Shown here one piece after another: positions 48,623-58,479 of a stretch of 64,000 nucleotides of DNA. The notes under the pieces are model-generated. The model was not told the DNA's origin and did not search any database. It was given only the letters and a program-made list of their open reading frames with translations. The position numbers and the translations under genes were made by a program. The stretch covers positions 36,518,001-36,582,000 of the forward strand of contig NC_091282.1 of assembly GCF_032444005.1 (NCBI RefSeq), written 5' to 3'. The DNA comes from Ranitomeya imitator. Taxonomy: Eukaryota. Every line of letters begins with the position of its first letter. Position 1 is the stretch's first letter.

Positions 48623-49385
48623 GTCACCGGGAATGGTCTTCCAACAATCTTGAAGGAGTTCCCAGAGATGTTTAGCACTTGTTGGCCCTTTTGCCTTCAC
48701 TCTGCGGTCCAGCTCACCCCAAACCATCTCGATTGGGTTCAGGTCTGGTGACTGTGGAGGCCAGGTCATCTGGCGTAGCACCCCATCACTCTCCTTCTTG
48801 GTCAAATAGCCCTTACACAGCCTGGAGGTGTGTTTGGGGTCATTGTCCTGTTGAAAAATAAATGATGGTCCAACTAAACACAAACCGGATGGAATAGCAT
48901 GCCGCTGCAAGATGCTGTGGTAGCCATGCTGGTCATCAGCAAAGCCCCCCACACCATCACACCTCCTCCTCCTCCATGCTTCACGGTGGGAACCAGGCAT
49001 GTAGAGTCCATCCATTCACCTTTTCTGCATCGCACAAAGACACGGTGGTTGGAACCAAAGATCTCAAATTTGTACTCATCAGACCAAAGCACAGATTTCC
49101 CCTGGTCTAATGTCCATTCCTTGTGTTCTTTAGCCCAAACAAGTCTCTTCTGCTTGTTAAGCCAAAAAAATAAAAACGGCTAACAAGAGCCACAGCCAGC
49201 TCACCAACCAGACCATCAGATGTGGAGCACGAAAGTAAGTCCTGACCCGGGACTCCAAGCAGCAGCAGATCCAACCATGTATATACTCCAGCTCCAGATA
49301 AATGGTAAAAAACTTTTTCTTTATTAATCCAACGTAATAAAAACAGGATGATCCTTACAGATGGCAGACAGAATAAGTGATTGCG

Positions 49386-49444
49386 CAGAGAACGGCTACG
49401 CGTTTCGACCACAGCGGGTCTTACTCATGCCTAGATAATCTCTG
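49386..49444 (-). ncRNA. Minimal type I hammerhead ribozyme motif (A3:U8 variant), copy 1
   Basis: Exact reverse complement of the motif at 50655-50713. Confidence 0.7.
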
Positions 49445-49544
49445 AAATGGTAGCTATATATATAGCACCCCAGAAGCTATCACAAACACTTGATCCGTCA
49501 CATGACTAAATACACAGGTCCTGGAAGTGCATAAAATACAAATA

Positions 49545-49878
49545 AGAAAAAGAAGCGCACATAGAGTAATACCTTCAGGTGTCGCAATCACGTGGACCCC
49601 CACAAAACAGACTCACCTGGTCTGGTTGTGACAGGTCACAACTCCCTTGGATCAGCACGTATGGTCGCAGCAAGCTCCCGGCAAGCAGAACAAATCCACA
49701 TGGAGAGAAGTAGAACCGGAGAATAGAAGCCGCGCAGACCACAATAAAGGTATCAGAGTTACACACACACTCTGTTTATTAGCCTACGCGTTTCAAACAG
49801 AGTGTGTGTGTAACTCTGATACCTTTATTGTGGTCTGCGCGGCTTCTATTCTCCGGTTCTACTTATCTCCATGTGGAT
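49545..49878 (-). mobile_element. Second Penelope-like pLTR fragment nested in the first, with an 85-bp foldback
   Basis: 13-bp TSD TAAAATACAAATA at 49532-49544 and 49879-49891; stem 49693-49777/49795-49879; the loop reads GAAACGCGTAGGCTAAT(AAA) on the minus strand. Confidence 0.65.
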
Positions 49879-49969
49879 TAAAATACAAATACAAATACTG
49901 CATATAAAAGTAAAATAACGCATACGTAAATGCAAAATATAAAATTGTCAAACCTACCTATTGCCCTAG

Positions 49970-50467
49970 TTAGCAATAATGGTAAAGTATTTCGTTTCTT
50001 TTATTCATACCTGCGGGGAAGCGAGTGTTCAGACTATACATCCAAAACGCCTCCCTAGTAAGTAGGCGTCTTTTTATGTCACCCCCGCGGCTTTGAGGAA
50101 AAACTCTCTCTATGCCGTGTACTCTAAGAGCTGCGGTGTCTCCATTATGTGTCATACCGAAGTGTTTGGATACCATTGAGATATTCCTATTAATCATGTT
50201 GTAATTTTTTGCGTCCCTGAGATGTTCAGAGACGCGTGTTTTCAACTTTCTTGATGTGCACCCTATGTATGAAATTTGGCAAATTAAACAATCTATTTTG
50301 TAGATCACATTTTTATTGTGACAATTTATAAAACTATTAATTTTGTAACTTTTAGTTTTTTCGGTATTTTGAAAGGTGTTGCCTACACAAGAATGTGCAC
50401 AGGTACTGCAAGCCGCAGTGCCGCATCTAAAGAAACCCTTGCATTCAAGCCAGGTTTTGGATCCAGG
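49970..50467 (-). pseudogene. C-terminal GIY-YIG endonuclease fragment of a Penelope-like ORF
   Basis: Stop-free frame GFFRCGTAACSTC...FINCHNKNVIYKIDCLICQISYIGCTSRKLKTRVSEH...LLTREAFWMYSLNTRFPAGMN. Confidence 0.9.
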
Positions 50468-50654
50468 TTTTGCTAATTAGGGCAATAGGTAGGTTTGACA
50501 ATTTTATATTTTGCATTTACGTATGCGTTATTTTACTTTTATATGCAGTATTTGTATTTGTCTTTTATGCACTTCCAGGACCTGTGTATTTAGTCATGTG
50601 ACGGATCAAGTGTTTGTGATAGCTTCTGGGGTGCTATATATATAGCTACCATTT

Positions 50655-50713
50655 CAGAGATTATCTAGGCATGAGTAAGACCCGCTGTGGTCGAAACGCG
50701 TAGCCGTTCTCTG
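50655..50713 (+). ncRNA. Minimal type I hammerhead ribozyme motif (A3:U8 variant), copy 2
   Basis: Stem I GGC/GCC plus distal CAGAGA/TCTCTG; core ATGAGTA+A; stem II GACC-CGCTGT-GGTC; GAAA; short palindromic stem III AC-GC-GT; predicted cleavage after GUA at 50702. Confidence 0.7.
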
Positions 50714-50907
50714 CGCAATCACTTATTCCGTCTGCCATCTGTAAGGATCATCCTGTTTTTATTGGATTAATAAAGAAAAAGTTTTTACCATTTATCTGGA
50801 GCTGGAATATATACATGGATGGCTCTTCTGCTTGTTGCCTGTCCTTAGCAGTGGTTTCCTAGCAGCTATTTTACCATGAAGGCCTGCTGCACAAAGTCTC
50901 CTCTTAA

Positions 50908-51359
50908 GGCCGGGGTCACACTAGCGTATTGCATCCGATGCGATATGCTAATGACACTCGGCTCCTGCTCGCAGCAGAGCAGGAGCCGAGTGTCATGCAT
51001 CTGTGCTCCGATTCTCTCGCACAGGGAGGATCGGAGCACAGCTGCGGAGGAGGCGGAGAAATGAATTTCTCCATCTCCTCCATTGCTGGGGTCCGCTTAT
51101 AGCGCACATCACTCGGATGATATCCGAGTGGTGTGCGCTGTCTCACTCGCATCCATAGGCTTATATGGGTGCGAGTGAGCCGAGAGTTTTCCTCGGTCCG
51201 AGACAATCGCAGCATGCTGCGATTGTCTCGGACCGAGGAAAACGGCCGTCAAAAAGTCGGCTGGTGGGAGCGGCCCAATACGGTAACATTGGTCCGAGTG
51301 CAATGGAATTTTTTATCGCATTGCACTCGGCCGTATTACGGTCTAGTGTGACCCCGGCC
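50908..51359. mobile_element. PIF/Harbinger-type MITE nested in the Tc1
   Basis: Perfect TIR GGCCGGGGTCACACTAG; TSD TAA at 50905-50907 and 51360-51362. Confidence 0.9.
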
Positions 51360-51662
51360 TAACAGTTGTTGTAGAGATGTGTCTGCTGCTAGAACTCTGT
51401 GTGGCATTGACCTGGTCTCTAATCTGAGCTGCTGTTAACCTGCGATTTCTGAGGCTGGTGACTCGGATAAACTTATCCTCAGAAGCAGAGGTGACTCTTG
51501 GTCTTCCTTTCCTCGGGCGGTCCTCATGTGAGCCAGTTTCTTTGTAGTGCTTGATGGTTTTTGCAATTGCACTTGGGGACACTTTCAAAGTTTTCCCAAT
51601 TTTTCGGACTGACTGACCTTCATTTCTTAAAGTAATGATGGCCACTCGTTTTTCTTTACTTA

Positions 51663-52360
51663 AGGTACCGTCACATTTAGCGACGCTGCAGCGATCTAGA
51701 CAACAATGCCGATGGCTGCAGCATCGCTGTGTGGTCGCTGGAGAGCTGTCACACAGACAGCTCTCCAGCGACCAACTATGCGAAGTCCCCTTGTAACCAG
51801 GGTAAACATCCGGTTACTAAGCGCAGGGCCGCGCTTAGTAACCCAATGTTTACCCTGGTTACCAGTGCTAATGTCCCCTGGAAACCAGTGTTTCCCTGCA
51901 CTGACTGTGAGCGCCGGCTGGCCGTAAAGCACAGCGGTGATGTCACCGCTGTAATCTGCTTTACGGCTGGCCGGCGCTGACAGTGCAGGGAAGCAGAACG
52001 CCAGGGGACGTGACAGACACCGGAATGTAAGTATGTAGTGTTTTTTTTTTTTTTACATTTACACTGGTAACCAGGGTAAACATCGGGTTACTAAGCGCGG
52101 CCCTGCGCTTAGTAACCCGATGTTTACCCTGGTTACCAGTGAAGACATCGCTGAATCGGCGTCACACACGCCGATACAGCGATGTCTGCAGGAGTCCAGC
52201 GACGAAATAAAGTTCTGGACTTTCTGCTCCGACCAACGATGGCACAGCAGGATCCAGATCGCTGCTGCATGTCAAACACAACGATATCGCTATCCAGGAC
52301 GCTGCAACGTCACGGATCGCTAGCGATATCGTTGTGAAGTTGGTCAGTATGAAGGTACCT
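51663..52360. mobile_element. PIF/Harbinger-type MITE nested in the Tc1
   Basis: Ends AGGTACCGTCACA and TATGAAGGTACCT; TSD TTA at 51660-51662 and 52361-52363; internal hairpins. Confidence 0.85.
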
Positions 52361-53747
52361 TTAGCTGCTTTTTTCTTGCCATAATACAAATTCTAACAGT
52401 CTATTCAGTAGGACTATCAGCCGTGTATCCACCAGACTTCTGCTCAACACAACTGATGGTCCCAACACCATTTATAAGGCAGGAAATCCCACTTATTAAA
52501 CCTGACAGGGCACACCTGTGAAGTGAAAACCATTCCCGGTGACTACCTCTTGAAGCTCATCAAGAGAATGCCAAGAGTGTGCAAAGCAGTCATCAAAGCA
52601 AAAGGTGGCTACTTTGAAGAACCTAGAATATAAGACATATTTTCAGTTGTTTCACACTTTTTTGTTAAGTATATAATTCCACATGTGTGTATTCATAGTT
52701 TTGATGCCTTCAGTGTGAATTCACAATTTTCATAGTCAAGAAAATACAGAAAAATCTTTAAAATGAGAAGGTGTGTCCAAACGTTTGGTCTGTACTGTAT
52801 GTACTCACCTGTATTGGAAGCAGCGTTTGTAGTGTGAACAAATCCAGATAACAGTTTGTTATGCTCACAGCAGATGAAGGGGTAATTGCAGGACTGAGCC
52901 AATTAGTACATTCAACTGGTAGAAACAACAGGAGTTTGATGAGATGTTTTGTAATGTCACTGAATTTCACTTGTAAAATTTGGCGTGAGGCACAGTAAAG
53001 GTGGGTGGCCATGGAGGAAGGGAGCATGGACCTGGCCCTAGAGCCGGTACTGGCAAGTAATAGTTGACTTGAGGACATCATTTTACTTCACACACTAGCA
53101 GAAGTGCCTTTTTCATTTAATAAATTCTTTGCAATGCTATAAATTTCCAGAAAAAGCCAAGACAGCTGTGATTATAACTGCATTATTGCTCTGCCGAAGG
53201 GCACTCACTGTTCTACTCATTACTTCATGTATCTCTCTCTGTCTATTTATACCTTATATATTGTTAATCTGTTTTTTTGTGTTTTATTACAATGCACTCA
53301 GGTTATAAGTCATTATTATGCAAATTAACATGTATTGCCTCTAATCAATCCACATGAGAGGGAAAAGGCATGCAAAGATAACCACTGAGGGGGAATTATT
53401 AAGAACAGTATACTTTATTTCATTAATATTAAGATCAGCAAATCATTCGGTAGTGATAAAACAAAACAGAAGGTGCCTCATGTATGAGGGCTGAACATCA
53501 GCTAATCCCTAAATAAATTAGTAGTAATAAGATGCATTGATCAGTGAATGGATCATGTCAGAGGGTTCTTTTTTACGTTCAATAGGTTATATGTATACTA
53601 TGCATAGTCTGCATAGTCACAGGCTTGTTGAAATTAACTGTATTGAGAGTTTGCAATGATCAGAAAGTGCAAGTGCGTATAGGTCAATGGACCTTTTAGT
53701 GCTAATGTCCAAATGCCTAGAGCACCTTGTCAAAAATAAAGTGAAGA

Positions 53748-54320
53748 TGTCATGATCCAGGCCGGGTTTTGGTTTTGTCTTTCCTTTCCCGGTCTGATTA
53801 TGTCAGGGGTTAACTTTCCCTGCCTCGTTCCCGTGTCTGGTCTGCTATATCTTGGCGCTGCTACCTGTGTGGCAGTGCCAGTTATGTTGCTTGCCTTCGG
53901 CGTGCTAGCTGGGTCCAGTGAGTTCCTGATCTGTCCTGCTGCGTTTTCCTGACCCGACCCTTGCCTGTTTACCTTCCACATACCCGTTCCTGCTCCTTTT
54001 CCCTTGTGTTTTTGGATTCCCCAGTACTGACTTTAGCTTGGCTGTGACCTGATTCTGTCCCTCCCTTTTGGTATCTCCGCTACTAACCGGTATTGATCTT
54101 TTGCTCTCATCTGACTCTGCTCCTAGGTTTTTCACTTTGATACTGCGTTAGCTTCTGGTATTGACTCGGCTCTCTGACTACTCCACTGCCACCTAGTGGT
54201 AACTTCGCTGTATTACTGTGGGTCTGCTTCACAGCAGGATATTCAGCTCACTCTCCACTCTGTTGCCACCTAGTGGAGTCTGTGTTACTCTGCCTTAACC
54301 CTCAGTACTACAGTGTGACA
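53748..54320. mobile_element. Solo LTR (573 bp)
   Basis: TGTCATGA...GTGTGACA ends; 5-bp TSD GAAGA at 53743-53747 and 54321-54325. Confidence 0.8.
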
Positions 54321-56557
54321 GAAGAGTTTTTACCTATAGAAGTCCGGAATCATGAAGATCCTATGTAGTACTGTGGTCTCTGACTGTGCTTCCCTCTGCC
54401 CCGACGCACGTTTTGTGAATACTTCCTTAAAATTATCAGCGTTTGAACACAATTACTATGGGTCCGTATTGCTGAGTATTGAAAATTCAGACAGAATGAA
54501 TCAAAACATTCAAAATCTCAGTATGTAAAGTCAACCAAATATTTAAGGGGGGCATTTCCCCTTGTTATCTGGTCTTGTTCACGCTACAAACGCTGTTGCA
54601 ACATAGTGTATGTTCTCTACAAACAAGTTTCCCTCTTCATCACTGCTGTCAGCTGCTATCAATTTCTTCATAGGTTAACCCTTCGTCTGCTGTAAGCATA
54701 AAAAAAACTCTTCTCTGGTGCTGTTTTTTTTATTTATGCAGTAAATGACATGATTTTAACAACATCCCGGATGCTTTGTTGTTGTGTTTTGCATTGTTTG
54801 TCTTATTTACGATGTTTTCACGTGCGGCGGGGCTCAGGTGTAGAACAAATGTACAATATTTGGCCTGGACTGCTTGTAAACACTTGACAACCGCGTCATC
54901 CGGTCATCGATCCATATCGCGCTCCTATCCGGAGTCCCAGGTGTTTAGCGGAAGATAAATGTGATTTAATCATTTCAAGGCTCGTGCAGCTGTGTAGGCC
55001 TGATAAACCGCAGCACCATTGGAACGACGCCTCTGTGCCGGGATCCGAACAGGACATTCCCTGGCCGAGCCAACTCTGACGGCCTCTGATGTTCTCGCCG
55101 CTGAATTTGTACAGGATGACGATCATTCTTTGGCCGGGGACATTTATTAGTTCCTCTCAACATTTATCGAAGACTATTGATTTTCCACCTTCTAAAATAA
55201 ATTTAGTGCTCCAATAAATTAAAATGAAAAATGAGGCAACCTTACAGATAGTTTCAATTATAAAGCCTCTACCGTTTTGTGTAGCCAGCTCCTATGCAGA
55301 CCTTAAAGGGATTTTATATTGTGCAATATGTTAAAATACAGAATTAAGTATTACTTACCCCTTGAAATCCTCACTATGCCAGCACCACCGCACTGGTGGT
55401 TCCCTCTGGAACCGGAGATAAAAAAAAAGGCCTGTCCTTGAGTTACTTGTCCTCTGCAGTCAGTAGCGTTTGGCTCCAGCGGTCAAAAGACTTATAGATG
55501 GGATGTAATAGTTTTCAGAAACGGCAGAGCAATGGAGCAGGTGGGAATATTATATAACATTTCCAATACTGGAGCAAATTTTTAAAAATCTCTCTAAGGT
55601 CTCTATGGTAACAGACTACAAACAGTCTGATCCTGTAGTCACACTCCTTTCTGTCTGTCCAGTTAGATCACACATGCTTGCAGAGCTGTAGATGGTAGGA
55701 GACTTTGAAATAAAGAAATTACAGGGTTATGTTCCCATCTTCATTGATCGATATTGTCGAATAGTGCTTGTGGATACAAGGAATTTTGAAATTTACTGCA
55801 TCTTAAAATGTTCAGCCGTTCTTGAGATCGTAAGACTTTTTTTTGTTTACGGTTCGTTTCCTTGACGATCGACCACCGCTGCTAGATAGCAAAACATATG
55901 CTACACTTACAAGCTCTTTTCTATTAAGCTTGTAAGCGCTGTTTTGAAGCTGGCCAGGATCGCCGGAGGGTGTGGTTACCTCCTAATCCTAGCCAGCCTC
56001 AGTACAGCGCTTACAAGCTTGACAGCAGCTGTGGTCTGTCTCCTAGGTAACAAGCTATAAACAAAGAAAAATGTTAATATCTCAAGAACGGCTACACGTT
56101 TTAAGAAACCGTAAATTGCAAAAATGCTTACCGTATATTTTTCAGGCTCTGTCTAACAGTATTCACCAAAAGCCTTTTAAGGCTATCTACAAAATTACTT
56201 CATTCGTCAAAACAGTTCTATAATATTGTAGTAAAGGTGATCTTTCTTACATAAATAATTTATTTCTTAGCTTACGTCGTCAGTTGATTACAATTGTAAA
56301 CAAAAATCTATATCTCATGGTGGGGTATGCAAAAAAGACACACTTTTGGCATATTCTGGGTACATGGGGCCAAACATAATGGAAAACGAGGTCTGAGTGG
56401 AGGATAATACCACTATACAATGTCCAAATAACATTATTACATGCTGCATAAATGATACCGCAATATAGTACTCTAATAATTCTGCAGAGGTAGAGTTCAA
56501 GAACACTAAGTTCCTAAACAATATCATTAAAGACTGCCCAAAATACACAGCCATATG

Positions 56558-57352
56558 TGTTATGACCTGGTGGTTAGGAGCACCCGGAATGACCTGATAG
56601 TTAAAACTCACACAGGACAAGCTCTGGGATGTGGGAGCTCTGCTGACCGCAATCCCTAATCCTATCACACACACTAGAAATAGCCGTGGAGCGCTCCTGA
56701 CACTCCCTAGGCGCCTCGTCACAGCCTAGGAACTATCTAGCCCTAGAGATAGAAAATAAAGCCTACCTTGCCTCAGAGAAATTCCCCAAAGGAAAAGGCA
56801 GCCCCCCACATATATTGACTGTGAGTAAACATGAAAGTCACAAACGCAGAAATGAAAGAGGTTTCAGCAAAGGGAGGCCAGACTTACTAAATAGACAGAG
56901 GATAGGAAAGGTAACTTTGCGATCAGCACAAAAAACTACAAAAGACCACGCAGAGTGTGCAAAAAGACCTCCGCACCGACTAACGGTGCGGAGATGCCAC
57001 TCTGCATCCCAGAGCTTCCAGCAAGCAAGACAAAATCATGATATCCAGCTGGACAAGAAAACAATGAACGAATTAGATACTATCAGGAACTTAGCTTCTG
57101 CTGGAGTAGACAGGTCACCAGAAAGATCCAAGAGTGAACTGAACCAATGCAGAAACATTGACAGCTGGCATGGAGAAACGATCTAAGTGGAGTTAAATAG
57201 AGCAGCCAACCAAAGGATAAACCACGTCACCTGTGTAAGGAACCTCAGAAGCAGCAGCTCCACTCACAGCCACCAGAGGGAGCCCACGGACAGAACTTAC
57301 CGAAGTACCGTTCACGACCACAGGAGGGAGCTCGACAACAGAATTCACAACA
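56558..57352 (-). mobile_element. Solo LTR (795 bp), same family as 26887-27666, opposite orientation
   Basis: TGTTATGACC...GAATTCACAACA; flanked by CATATG at 56552-56557 and 57353-57358. Confidence 0.85.
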
Positions 57353-57669
57353 CATATGGTGCTCAAAAACATAAATGTATAGTGTATAAATGATACCGAC
57401 ATACTGTACAATGCATAAATACCACTGCCCAACTGGCATTGTTCAGGCCATGTAATGTATTTCCACATCTTCTAATACATGAAGGATTTTAAGTTTGGAT
57501 TTTGGAGAAGGATGTTACTAGCCACAGATGGTGGAGGAAGCGGGCACTGACACTTTACTGTCCTTATCGCCTTAGTTTATGGGATCAGTATGAGAACAAC
57601 GGCCGAGGCTGTGAGGTACTAGACGGTATAACTCATCATTGCAGAAGATTTAAGGTCACATATCCTTAC

Positions 57670-57741
57670 GTTACTCCAGTTTTCTGGCTGATCCTCATCT
57701 CCTGGCGATAATCCTCCAACATCGCTGCACAAACAAGGACC
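57670..57741 (-). CDS. Possible 72-nt exon, product unknown
   Basis: Minus strand TGTGTTTCATTGCCGCAG| ... AC|GTAAGG; two stop-free frames (VLVCAAMLEDYRQEMRISQKTGV or GPCLCSDVGGLSPGDEDQPENWSN); no family recognised. Confidence 0.2.
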
Positions 57742-58479
57742 CTGCGGCAATGAAACACAAACTTCTCATATTCAAGGACTAGAATTTGCATTCCGTTACC
57801 GGCCTGACACTGGAAAGCAATTCATCAGATTCGCAAAAATTAAAATATTGTCATGTCCCAGTAGCAAACATCTGTGCACTTGGAAAGGAGTACTCGCTAA
57901 AATTAGGGAGTCAACGATGTTACAAGTCGTTGTGGGGGATAATATAACAGGATGTAGGGATTTTTCGTGCTTAAAACTTGGAATTACCTATTCATATCTG
58001 TCTCTAGTTCTCTTGTGTAATTCTAACTATTTACCAAAGCACTTTCCAAAGATTTTTTTTTTAAAATGCTGCCCCCTGTAGGGCTATGTCCGATATTGCA
58101 ACTCATCCTATCCAGGATAATTAAATCATGGCTAATTTCTTTTCAAAACCAGCGCCACCCTCATCCACAGGTTGTAGCTCAGCCCCACTAACTTCTATAG
58201 ACCTGAGTTACAACACCAGATACAACCCCTAGACAAGGGTGGCGAGGTAGAAAGTAATTTTGTGGCACGTACCAGTCTAATATGTGCAGGAACTGTCCTG
58301 ATTCTCATGCTTTTAGATTGCTATACTTTTTCGCGTGTAGTTCCTCTTCATAAAATCTCACTATAGGTACAGAAACTTCTTCGCCCTCCTTTTCCAAACA
58401 TGAGTTACTCTTGCCATTATCTAATGGCTTCCTTTGCCTCTTTGTTATGTCTGTATTTACTGTGAAGAGACAGGAAAAT

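Larger units (their letters stand above)
49159..50822 (-). mobile_element. 5'-truncated Penelope-like retroelement with inverted pseudo-LTRs
   Basis: 14-bp TSD CTCTTCTGCTTGTT at 49145-49158 and 50823-50836; GIY-YIG ORF end flanked by a pLTR (about 49280-49969, minus) and an inverted copy (about 50478-50820, plus). Confidence 0.88.
47886..52797 (-). mobile_element. Tc1/mariner DD38E (Intruder-type) transposon, fragmented by nested insertions; ~1.6 kb when restored
   Basis: TA TSDs at 47884-47885 and 52798-52799; long TIRs starting CAGTACAGA(T/C)CAAA; transposase pieces MAIITLRNEG...GRPR (51645-51363), WSDE (near 49080) and QQDND-38 aa-PIE (48847-48728). Confidence 0.9.
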
